Shown here: in pieces, positions 24,501 through 48,789 of the stretch
Position numbering within the stretch: position 1 is the first letter of the stretch
Layout: each line of letters opens with the position of its first letter
Origin: Nitrospirales bacterium
GTDB lineage: Bacteria; Nitrospirota; Nitrospiria; Nitrospirales; UBA8639
Direction: 5' to 3'
DNA: 64,000 bases
Assembly: GCA_965203295.1 (NCBI GenBank)
Contig: CBDBCZ010000008.1
Span: forward strand, 96,001 to 160,000
Notes under the pieces: generated by a model
What the model was told of the DNA's origin: nothing
What the model saw: the letters and a program-made list of their open reading frames with translations, nothing else
The model's database searches: none
Program-made: the position numbers and the translations under genes

Positions 24501-27500
24501 TGAACTAAAGGTAAACCCACTGACAAAATTTGGAGCCAATGTGAAGATCCTAGTGGAAAGTTCGCAGCATGTAACCTTCGATGGCTAGTTGTATAAGTTA
24601 TAGTTACAAGTACTTGCGCGTGTTCAACTCGCTCACTCTGTACAGATAAAAATGAAGTGTGATCTCTATGTGATTTGCATGGAACAGTATAGCATCATCT
24701 GCTAATGAAGCAGTGCTTTTGACTAAGCCACATATCAGTGTTGAAAATTGACTCGTCACAGTGAGGGGTAAGTATATAGTACGCGTGCACACTACATTTC
24801 TTTTAGAAGCCAAAGCATGTATTATGTAATGTCCACGTAGTCATAGATAATAGAATCCGTATACGTAGCTATCATATGGAATGTGGAGCATCTGCCAGTG
24901 GTAGTAGCATGATCGAGACTTTGACAGTAGTTTTCTGCCTGAGCCATGTGGAGGCAGTAACTCAAAGGAGAGACTGCAAACAATTACAAAACCATACCCA
25001 CATCAGCACATGTAGGCAAATGGAACTGACTCCATTTAAAGCACATCGTCGTAGTTTGTCTAGCGTAGCAGTTACAGCTGTGAATGGTTTGCACTTACAG
25101 GACTATACAGACACTAACCTTCGCAATAGAGCACGCTCGAAGTGCTGATTTGAGGCCATCATGATAACACTGTCGGCTGTCAGAGCATCCCAACGCACGC
25201 AGCGGTCAAAGTCGTCCCAACGCATGCAGCGGTCAAAGTACTAATTAGCTATGTACACATATGATGACGTCATGGTCTTCTCGTGTATTCTCGCATATTC
25301 GAGGGTGATGATTTGCGGACGTCACATCCGTTACACACACACACACACACACACACAGACGGACAGAACTAATGTTAAAGTATTGATAGCACAGTTGTCA
25401 GGGATTTATGGCAGTAAACGAACAGAGTCCGAGGGCGATAGGACGAGGTTTGTTTACGTAGCCATAAATCCCTGACAACTGTACTGTAAGTGTTATATAT
25501 CCCATCTGATTGGTCAGTCCATGGAGGCCACGAACTATAGCAACGCTAGCACGTAGCAACGATTCCCATTCTGGCTTTATAATGGAAGAAGCTGAGGTCG
25601 CTAGTCCTTACTCGCCGTCTTGCCTCGGTATGTGCGATTGGACCGCCTGTCCAGGGGTTAATTTAGAGCTCCTCCCCCCGGAAGACAATATTGAGCCCCT
25701 CCCATCCGCTTCTTTGAAGCAGCCCCTCCTACCTCAACGTTTTGGCATAAGGACAAGCGGCCTCAGCTTCTTCCATTATAAAGCCAGAATGTATAATATT
25801 GTGCCTGAATGTATGCATGTAAAGTACAGCTACACATAGCAGTAGCTATATGCATGATAGTCTGATTGGATGAATTGTTTAATACCCTAAGGGAAGTCGG
25901 TATGAGTCATACCAGCCTTTTACCCAAAGGGAAGTCAATATGACTCATAATAACTTCTAGTAACCTAAGTAACAAGGGTGAGTGGGATATAATGAAGCAT
26001 GCTTATAGTAGTAGCTACTGTGATACATCCACGTGCATGTTAAAGGAGCATATATACAATACCTAGCATGACAAAACTAAGATTATAGCTATTATTTTGT
26101 GTTTGGTATTGTTTGCAGGTCCTAGTATTATCAGCCCAAGCTGCAATGAAGAGGTACTCATTTCTGTGAAGAACACAACTAGCGGAATTGAAGTCAATGT
26201 AGCGAACAAGCATGACAAAGGAGTTTTAGAGTCTCGAGAATTCAGCCATCACCTTTCATCACAGTGCGGCGAGTACAACGTTCGTTGTAAAGACCTTCTA
26301 GTTGAGTCCTCAACATCGCCGAATAAGAGTATTGTCTTTGTTCCCCTTCTCGATGGAATATTTCTATTGGAAGTTGCACATCGTGGGAAAATCACTGATT
26401 CCACCAAGTTGACAATCAACGCTCCTGTTCCTTGCAGTCCTACCGCCATTTCTAAGATTCAAGAGAATATCATCGCAGTTTGCCTAAATGAAGAAAGAGG
26501 GTATCTTACAACAATGCAAATATACCTAAACACTACATCAATCAGTTCTTCTCGTGGAAGTCGTCCTCAGATACCAGACTTTAACTTTGGACATTCGAAT
26601 TCACCACATCTTTCTGATTTCAAATACATCCAGGATTTACAGTGGATTCTTTTTGCAAGTTCGAATCATGTGTATACCCTTCTTCCACTGACCTATACTT
26701 CCCTTGAATTTTCAGATGACCTGGGTAATTGTTCCAGGCCCGAATCAATAGTTTACACTTCTGATGGGGTTTTGATTGCCTACTGTCACGATTTTGCTTC
26801 TTATTATAGTGTAGCCTACGAACATGCATTCAACCAAAGTCAATATTCTAAACATGGACAGCCATTTCTCTGCCCTAACCCTGACGTACACGTAGCAGTG
26901 TTTGCCTCAGCATCCTACATCCTCTACAGAGTGTGGAGTGCTAATAGTAGAGAGACCATTAACATACACGACATGAAGTTTGATTCTGGAGTGTGCTTTG
27001 GCTCAAGGACCCGTACGTTATTTGCATACAATGACAAGGAGAGAGGGGTATATGTCCTTGATCCTGCTACATCTAATCTCACACACCTGTCATCGAAGGC
27101 TTGTCTGAACTCGCACTGTGAACCATTACTGGTGTTTCAGAATAGGTACATCGTGATACGTGAGCGAGAAAATAATGATGGTAACGTCATCGTTGTTGAC
27201 TCACAGCAGAATTATACCACTGTGATAGCCGCAGAACACGTGCAAGCAGACTTCCTGACTCTGCTGATTGAACAAGACGCTAGCTTCTGTTCATTGACAA
27301 ACAGTTCTCTGAGCACTAGTACTCCAACAATTCTACCACCGTCAGGGCCTGGGACGCAGATTGCAGGACCAGCTGCAGGAGTTAGTGCTGGCCTAGTACT
27401 AATACTAGTACTAGTACTAGTAGTGTGTTCAGTTGTTGTTTTCATAGTCCGCAAGAGGCGTCAAAAAAAAGGAAGCCGGTGAGTGAAATCCCAAACATTA

Positions 27501-28403
27501 ATTTTTACCATCTATGAAGATTGGCATTCCAGTTGAGTGGTTGGTACTAGAAGTTTTATAGTGGTTATTGTTTGCTAAAAAGTTTAGTGTATTATATCCG
27601 CTTTATTATAAACTCCTCCCATACAGGCCGTCCACTCCCACTCAAGAAACAAGTGGCGTGGAATCTCAGAGTAGTGAGCTGCAGAGTGATAGTGAGAGCA
27701 ATGGTCAGCAACAGGGTGAAGCTGAAAGTCCTGTGGGAGATGACCACGACAAGAGTGTGACATGTACCCCCTGTGATGATCCTCATGGAAAGCCCAAATT
27801 TAAAGGGATGCCACAGCCAAACCAAGTCTTTGAGTCAACTACCAACGAGCAGCCCACTGGAAATGCCACAGATCAGCAAAACAGCTCACAGAGCAGTGGC
27901 ACCATCCAGTAAGCCAGGAATGCTTGTGTACTGATGCTGTGTTGTTTACATGATTAACACACACCATAAGTACTTTTGATCTATAGTGGCTAGTCATTCA
28001 CAGTAGAGCAAGTGTATTCATGCATGTACGTCACACACTACACTGTACACTACTTACCCCTTACTGTTCTATTATGACTGCTGTATATTTACCATAATAT
28101 TATAGCAACAGTCCCAAGACTTGTGGCAGTGCAACAAATTCTTGCAGAGGAGCCTCAAACAAGCCCAATCAACAAATCAATCGGGACGCATTCCCTCCTA
28201 GTGCTGATAGTGACTTGTTCGAGCGTGGCGGTGAAGAAGGTTGGTTGTCACAACCAAAATCTGAAGAGAGTAAAGACCATGAATACGACGAGTCATGTGA
28301 TGAACATATTCCAGGGAGATATAAAACAGTTCCACCGAGAAAGTCTCCCAGGCGGAAAAAAAGGCATAAGAGAGCAGTAGGGGGCAGTTATGAGCAACTA
28401 TGA
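21502..28403 (+). CDS. Type I membrane receptor-like protein, copy 4 (ectodomain B + tail Y), ~677 aa; exons 21502-21595, 26119-27478, 27627-27908, 28106-28403
   Basis: Signal-peptide exon MAVQIYWVWIVLSFSVILVLEPRRTHCQITE (not in the ORF track). The ectodomain is nearly identical to copy 3; TM and tail are related to copy 2. It ends GSYEQL*. Phases 1, 2, 2 join in frame. Confidence 0.85.
21996..22438. mobile_element. TAG..CTA MITE with a second MITE (22213-22311) nested inside
   Basis: Outer termini TAGTCTC../..CGAGACTA with a decayed TSD; absent from the paralogous copy 3 intron (~13705). The inner element TAGCCTCGTTCCCAGGCTCTACTTCCCAGC...GGGAACGAGGCTA is flanked by a GATATAGT duplication. 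Confidence 0.75.
23712..24271. mobile_element. Non-autonomous AcademH-like element with RecQ-helicase N-terminal remnant
   Basis: Long TIRs TAGCCTCGTACCCAGGC... and a perfect 9-bp TSD CATGGTGAC (23703-23711, 24272-24280); absent from the copy 3 intron (~15495). The internal ORF LKLEQRATAKSIYEGKD..LTGFGK resembles RecQ motifs 0/I. Confidence 0.75.
24606..25388. mobile_element. Insertion specific to copy 4 intron 1; Helitron/Helentron (DINE-1/HINE)-like non-autonomous element
   Basis: Absent in copy 3 (~15823), with no TSD. It has a (CA)n-CAGACGGACAG tract near one end and ACAAGTACTTGCGCG at the other; a related motif occurs at ~10720-10780. Confidence 0.45.
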
Positions 28404-28811
28404 ACGTTACAACCGCAACAATGGAACTCAGCCTTACATTGCGTGGTGTATAGGCTTGTGTGCTGCAGATTGACCATCACATTGTGTGGCATAGACTATT
28501 ACATTGTGTGATGCATCCTCTATAGCTATAGTCATTGATGTGTCGATATTGATGTCAGTAACGTACGTTATGTAGCATGCTCAAAACATTGTACAGTGTA
28601 GTCAATTCCCAAATTTTAATCGATCTATTCTTCAATTGATATATATGTACGTAGTTCCTGTGCAATTATTTTGAAAGTGTGAATGTGAATATCTACAAGT
28701 CACAATTGTACACTGTCATACTAAAGACAATAGAACCAGTACAGTACAGTACAGACGAGTTATGTGACTATAATTATATCACTGAGGACAGAACAGACGA
28801 GCCATGATACG

Positions 28812-30095
28812 TCACTGAGGAAGCATCATGGGGGGTGTAATCTCCTTCACCACCTCAGCCCCGGCAACAGCTTCCACGATGCCAAGAGCAAACTCGAAGC
28901 ATGACCCCGGCCCCCGGCTGGTGATGGTGCTCCCATCTCTGCACACCCTGGCCTCGCTGTAGGTGTAGCTTCCGCTCTTCTCCAGGCTCTCCTTCACGCA
29001 GGGGTGGGAGGTGACGGTCTTGCCCTTGGCGATGCCGTGGGAGAGCAGAGCAGAGGGGGCGGCACAGACTGCGGCCACGAAACCATTCTGCGCCTCCTGC
29101 TTTTGGAGGACTTGTTTTACCTTCTCCGACTCGGCCAGTCTCTTTGATCCGCCCAAGCCTCCTGGCAGCACCACAACGTCGTATGGGCCACCTGTGATAT
29201 AGTCAGGCCAACCCCACTATTAGTAACATTACAAGGTCATGTTCCCAGAAATAGATACTTCACAATCACCTTCCCTTAGTCTGTGACACAAAATTAATAA
29301 TACTTCTTTATACTTTAAAATGCCACCTTATACACTTGGTAACACTCTGAATATCAGATATACCGTCAGATTCTGCCTAAGTGTTTATGGCCATATTTGT
29401 AAAATTAGGGAACTTAAAACTTCAATACCTTCTACTGTGTATACATTGGGGACCTGGTGAAGTGTCTTGTATAGAGAGGTTTCCTCATTTCAGGGGTAGA
29501 TTCATAATAAGAAATTAAAGCATATTTTGGATAGAGTGTCCTTATTACAGAGGTGTCCTAATTTCGGGGTGCCCTTTAAGAAGGGTTCCACTGTATTACC
29601 CATACACAATGCAATGCAAGCCCCACTTGTATATCTGCGTTGACTAGATGATATAAAAGCCACTAGCTACTCAAAATACAGAAGCTGTATAGCTACCTTA
29701 AATTCAATGCCAACATCTTACCTTGCATAGCTTCATCGAGAGACTTGTCTGGAATGATCCTGACCCCTCTGCTGCATTCCACTGGCTCCGCTGAGTCTAG
29801 ACCGGCCAATGTGACGTTGATCTTGGCCCTCCGCAGCACATCTGTGGAGATGACTGTCTCCATCTCCTCTGCTCCTTCGGCCAAGATGACCAGTGCTCGC
29901 TTTTCCTGCAGTAGTAGCAAATCAGAAGCTTATTAAACAGACACAAATATATGCATGTTCACATTCCCTCCTTCTCTCTAGCCTGTCTCTATATATACCA
30001 TATAGAGCCTCGCGTAGCCAGCCCCTCGCGGCTAGGCTGTAGGTGATAGCATAGCCTTAGCTTAGTAAGGTCTAAGTAAATACCTGGGAAGCCAT
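28812..30095 (-). CDS. PARK7: DJ-1/PfpI family protein (PARK7 orthologue), 191 aa; exons 30095-30084, 29905-29722, 29191-28812
   Basis: [23 protein letters not shown].., [10 protein letters not shown], catalytic Cys in AVCAAP, and ITSRGPG. GT-AG introns are in phase. Confidence 0.95.
29440..29593. mobile_element. Tc1/mariner (Tigger-like) MITE remnant; similar end at ~42130-42215
   Basis: Right end GGGTTCCACTG followed by TA, with repeated GTGTCC motifs. Confidence 0.5.
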
Positions 30096-30319
30096 GATGA
30101 CATCAATGAAGTCTCGTGCGCACAGACCTTGGCGCATGGCATGGGGATATGGCCTATGGCTCGTAAAAGAGGGAGGAGCTAGACAGTGGAATATCACGTG
30201 ATTACAGCTGACAGGAAGTTTGGGGAAATTAGGATCTGCCATCTGTCCAGGGCTAGGGGCTGTATTTTACTACGACGTTGTGAAGCGAAGGAGCTACATC
30301 ATAGTTACCTCCGAAGGCA

Positions 30320-35056
<4,737 letters not shown>

Positions 35057-36303
35057 GGGTGCTTCATTAATTGTTTGTCCCATGCATGTTCTGGCTATGC
35101 ACACGTATAGTACCATAATGACATTAGTGTTTTGAGAGTGACTATGTTTTAATTTCAGTGGATCAAACTTTTTGTAATACGCTCAGGACTGGTGTTTAAT
35201 GGAGACTGCACTCACTCGACGAGTGAATATCGTACTTGTACTGTTGTGATTTTTAATTGTCAGCATGCTTCTCTGTCTTTTTGCCAATTTTTTAATGCGA
35301 ACCTCAGGTATGAAATAATTATGATCACTGAACCAACTCATATTAATATATTAGCCTCGTCCCTTCTACTCTTGGCTTTGCGAACGTGATTTTAGATCCC
35401 AGGCCCTGTGACAGTTTTGTGTAACCAAAAATGGCACAGGCCTGGGAACGAGGCTATTCATATACTTATATACATGTATATACATGTAGAGGGTGTGGTT
35501 AAAGCTGGAAGTTGTTCATACAGTGCCAGTATATCAACACCAGGCCTCCTGCATTGATAGACTTTACTTTGTGCATGAAAACTAAAGGTATCCTAATCAT
35601 TATTACTACACTCACTAGCTTGAGGCCTAAAAAACTAAAACAGTCCTTATACCTATCCTAACCTACGGAACTATATCTACACTACTACAACCCCTTACAT
35701 CACAATCTAGTTAAGCATATGACCTATCAAGAACAATAAAATCGAAATGGGCAAATTAGAAAGTAGACAAATAGAAATCAGTAAATAGAGAAATAGTGAG
35801 AAGAATAGAAATAGTAGAAAGAGCTCTGATCGTAACCAAGAGAACCCGGGACCCGGAAAGAACCAGAGACCACCCAGCCCGTGACCGCAGAAAGTTAAAA
35901 ATTTGAAAATAGTTAAAAAGTTTCTTAAAAAAAGTTAAAAAAGGGGACCAAATAGGTCTTCCCTCTGTTAAAAAACCTTTTGGAGAAATCCCATGGTCTC
36001 GGCTTAACTGTAAGGTCTTACTGAGACCAGCAGGAGCCTCCTAGAAAAAGTTAAAAAGGTTAAAAAGCTTATGAAACATTAAAAATTGTAAGAGCGGCCC
36101 CGAACCAAGCAGCCCCCAGCCCCCCCCCCCCCCATGTACATGTTAGTTTTAGCCATACATCGAGTAGCTGATATGAGCAGCATCCTTCAAATGATTTTTC
36201 TTGAACAAATACAAACATCAACATGATTGTAAGAAGGAATAATATGCGATTGACTGACCGACTAGCTGACACTAGTCTCCCGTTTCCCCCTGCTTGCTTT
36301 TAG

Positions 36304-39300
36304 TCAAGAATCATCGTTGTTCAGTGTGGGAAAACTGTACTTGCTCTCCTTGAGGACTGCTTGCAATCTCTTTTGCCTCAGCTGATAAATATGTGTCAGT
36401 GTTAATGGACAAAGATGGTACAGTAGTTTTTATTAAACTTTACGACAGCAATCCAGAACCGGTAAAACCACAGCTAGTGTAATTGGTTTGATTCAAGAAC
36501 TTGGCCACCTTCTTTCAGAAAGGATTTTAAGGCCCATTAAGCTCTCACCCGTTAGATCTAAAGCTTGCAAAGTAGTGAAAACTGCTGTACTGGTTATACT
36601 CTCTACCTCCGAATGTCATCTTTTGTTGACATTATGAATAATTAATAAGCTATGGGGAAAAAAAACGAGGAAAAAAAGGTACACATTATGGCAATCGGAA
36701 CCAGTGACTCTGGCATTCAAAAGCGAAGACTGCAGCATTCCGCTATACAATTTTCTGCCGATTATGATGTCAAACGTATAGTAAAAACAAGTGGGACAGC
36801 TAAATTTTTTTCACATACAAAGAAAACATCCACTAACTAAGCGAATGTGCTTACCAACTGCTGCTTTGCCCTGTGCAGTTTCTTCCTGTGTGGTCTCATG
36901 GCTTTTGTCAGCTCTTGGTCTCTGGCCAGCTCCTCTTGACGCTCCAGACTGGCCGGCGCCACTTTACTGAAGGAAGGTAAGGATTCATATATTGTACACT
37001 CATAGAAACATTTTGTAGTACTTCCTGTATACGAGTGAAACCTTCCAAAAATGGGTGATATTGAATGGGCTTGATGACTAAGTCTTTAGGATACTTCCTC
37101 AGGGCAGCTGCTGACAGCTCACTGCCCCACTGATGAGTGCCTGTCATAGCTGCGAATAATTGTTGCTGATGAAAACACTCGAGATGACATAGCATGGCTC
37201 ATAAAAGCCTATGGCAATAATCAGAGCCGAGTTCTGAGCGTATAATTTTGTACGTGTTATATGGGGCCGCCATTTTTTTCCCATGCCATCCCTACATATG
37301 GAGTACAGTAACTCCATGATACTCAACAGTAGTTGTTGAATCACTTCTGTTGTAGTTAAACAGCTAATAAGCAAGTGACAGTAAGACAGTGATGCCATCA
37401 AAAGATATAGTGTACACAGACAACAATGCAAACCAGGTGCACAATCTTATCTAACCTCAACACACATCATGGCAGTGCAAAAAACTACATTGTATAGTTA
37501 ACCTGTTGGGGATATATACTAGGAAGAATAGAACATCCTCTGAACCACAGAATACGACACACTTAATATGACTACCAGGATTCATTTCACCATTGCTCTA
37601 CAGCTCTCTATCAACTCTCAATAAATCATCGTGGTATACACTTTTAAGTTTGTGATTTTATGTTACTTACCATTGACTTGTATCCTAGTGTCTGCTGTAT
37701 TTGTACATGTATAACGTATTATTTTCTTTTTGTTTTAATCCAACTTTATTAGATTTGGACCCCCCCCCCCCCCCACACACACACACACGTACCCTATGAG
37801 AGCTGTCTTCACGTTGAAGAGTCTTGCCAGTGTGTTAACTGTCCAAAGAGACCCATCTTCATTGCGGAGTTTCTTCACCAGAGCTATCTATCATAAAGCA
37901 AAGCAGTGGATAGATAGATACCGGCAAATAGGAATCAAATAAGTCACCTAACTACATGTATGTGACAGGGATCAATCAAACTCAAACTTGGTAGTACTAC
38001 AGTGGATTTTAATACCATTCGAACATTACATATTACGTGAATACAGTGTGAGAGTTAGAGGCAGCAACCTCTGTACAGAAACGGTATGGCCTGGAACATG
38101 CTGAGGTCCCGGACCCATACCAACACTGTGCGTGAATCTCTCACATGCAGAATACAGTTATCGTGAAACTCTATAGGACACGTGATTTTCAAACAAAACT
38201 AAAAATCCGGTGTAAAAATCCGCTGAACCAGCTAGCTGTTCAGACATGTGATCGTCATATTGTAGTTTCGGAAGGTGTCCTAAAAGTGTCATCACTGCTT
38301 GCCAGCCAGTTCAGCCCAGTTTGAAGAAGGAAGTAGCTTATAACTTCCAGAGTAAAATAAAACAAATAAACAACGAAACACTAACCTGCTCAGGGGTCAA
38401 GCTTTTGCTACGTTTATCAAGTGCTGGCTTGTATGGTCTCAGACGCTAGAGAGAAAAGAGAAAATGAAGGACTAGAGATGGTAGGCACATTCTGTGAATC
38501 AGTGCTATTAATAAATTGCATCACACGTTCTATAAATTGTGCTAAGCATCCTGTAGATCTATAACTGGTGCAGCACTAACTCTATCTCTAATTCTAACCC
38601 TCGCCCCAACCCTAACCTAAATTGCCATAGCTAGATTTTCTAAAAGCGCAGTACAATTCATAAACTGCATAAAAATACAAAAATGCACCCAACAGACACA
38701 AAATCTTTGCTAAACCGATTTAAGATAGAGTTTTAATAATTAAACAGCATACGCACGTACCTTGGAGTCCTCAAATGCCATTTCTTTTGTGGGGTGATAA
38801 CACATGATAGTGTCTCCGTCAGGCGTATATGCCTGGTATTCCACTCCCTGCCGCTGAGGTAGAGAGCCACTGGGAAAATGGAGGATAGATGTAAAAATAA
38901 GTAGGGATACCAATTACGTGTTCACTCCAGTATACACATACCTGCACAGTGATCTGAGCAGCGGTAGTCTTGTGAGTCTTTGTGTACTGCAGGATATCCA
39001 ACCTATTGAGAAAAAGTAGCATTTTAAAAAAGACACCAGGGTGATATTGAGGATCTATTCTCTACAGCTACAATGTAAACTCTGGTTGCGGAAGGCCTTA
39101 ATACAACACTAGTACTAGAAGTGGATCCCTAAGACAGGCTAGTAGCTATCTCGTCTATGGGAGAGAGATTAGGTATCGAAACAATCCCACTCACAGCGAA
39201 TGCCTAATGGCTTACGGATGCCCTAGTCATTAGTCTCGCGTGACCAGACTCTCGACTTTCTCGTCGAGAGTCTGGTCACACGAGACTACCTGGTCATGTG

Positions 39301-39622
39301 TATGGAACCTCCCAGCATGGAAAGAGTAGCACTGAACAAACTGTAACCATGTGCGAGAATTAGGGTCAGGTTAAGGCCAGGGCTAGACTATGCAATTATT
39401 CACGTCATAATTTTTCATGGCTTGTCGGTTGATCTCCAGCATGCAGGGATACACCAATTCACTGGCCAGGTGTAGGTCTTATGGATGATTAAAATTCATG
39501 GGAGTTGGGGATCTACCGACCCCAGACCCTCTTTCCCTTATAGCTGACCGGCCTCTCTTACCCCATCCACATCTTCTGCAAACGGAAAGGGACTTCAAAA
39601 CACCACCACTTGCCCACGCCAT
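36304..39622 (-). CDS. Mitochondrial ribosomal protein-like (mL42-like N-part, MRP-L20/mL58-like C-part), ~191 aa; exons 39622-39562, 39002-38942, 38869-38761, 38445-38386, 37887-37793, 36966-36855, 36381-36304
   Basis: Seven GT-AG exons join in phase without stops. An Arg/Ser/Leu-rich presequence is followed by [53 protein letters not shown] and [23 protein letters not shown]. Confidence 0.75.
39231..39288. mobile_element. 58-bp TAG..CTA hairpin MITE
   Basis: Nearly perfect inverted repeat; TSD CCTAGTCAT / CCTGGTCAT (8 of 9 match). Confidence 0.8.
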
Positions 39623-39688
39623 ATCTCTCCTCCCGACCACGTGAACTTCCCAAAATTAGTAGGAGCTTCCTCCCAGTGCATAAATAGC

Positions 39689-47852
<8,164 letters not shown>

Positions 47853-48111
47853 CTGGCCCCATTTTTTTTTACTGACTTAATTGGCTGTGAAAATATTGAG
47901 GTTGAGTGTACAGTGGATTGTGTGGTATGTAATTGGGCCTGTCGAATTTTTTTATGCTATGTATACTATTTGTTGGGTTTTTCTTTTGGTTGTATTGCAT
48001 GTGGTGATTATGCCATTGCAAACTCTGTTTATGGGCATCTTTATTATCATCATTAGTGTTGTACTTGTGGTTGATAAAAAAAAAAATTGTAAGGTCCTTG
48101 AGAGTATATAT

Positions 48112-48318
48112 CAGGGTTCTGCCCACACTGGTCGGCAGTGGTCGGGTCTAACCACCACTGAGCTTTTTTGACCACCACTCAGCCTCTTTGACCACCACTC
48201 AGCTAATGTTTAACTCTATTACAGTATTTTTGATATAGAAGAAAGTCTGTCTAGCTAGAAGAAATGTCTTGGAGATTGAATTTTGACCACCACTCAACGT
48301 CTCCTAGGCAGAACCCTG
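48112..48318. mobile_element. hAT-type MITE
   Basis: Perfect 12-bp TIR CAGGGTTCTGCC, imperfect 8-bp TSD GTATATAT/ATATATAC, and internal ACCACCACTC repeats. Confidence 0.75.
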
Positions 48319-48789
48319 ATATATACAGAACTGTTTGCGTTGCGTAGCATAATAGGTAATTACAAACTGGTCCCCAGTGTGTAAGGGGAACAGCCTGGCA
48401 TTCGAAACCAAAATATCTTATACCATGCACAGGTTCTCTCAAACTGTTCAGCGTTGCATGTAGCTACAGAATTCGAAGCTGCATATAATTTCTCCGCAAG
48501 CAAAGCAAGAGACTCACGTCTGTGCTCACTACGAGCCTTGGCTGGCTCAGTCCTGTACAGCACCAGTCCGCTAGCTTGGCGGGTATACACTGCCTGCTGA
48601 GACAAACTGGTATCCCGAACCAGTATGGGAACGAGACCACGCCCAGTATAGGAACGAGACCACGCCAAGCCTGGTCTTAGGCACCATACACACAATCAGA
48701 TGGCCACTGTTTTTCAAGGCAATGCTTTTAACATGATTAAAATTCTTAAAAAAACACCGGGAAATAGAATTTCCTGGGGGGCCGTCAGG

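Noticed and set aside
36908..37431. ORFs 36908-37195 and 37144-37431 as genes
   Set aside because: They lie in or overlap an intron/exon of the mitoribosomal-like gene in a different frame and show no recognisable motifs.
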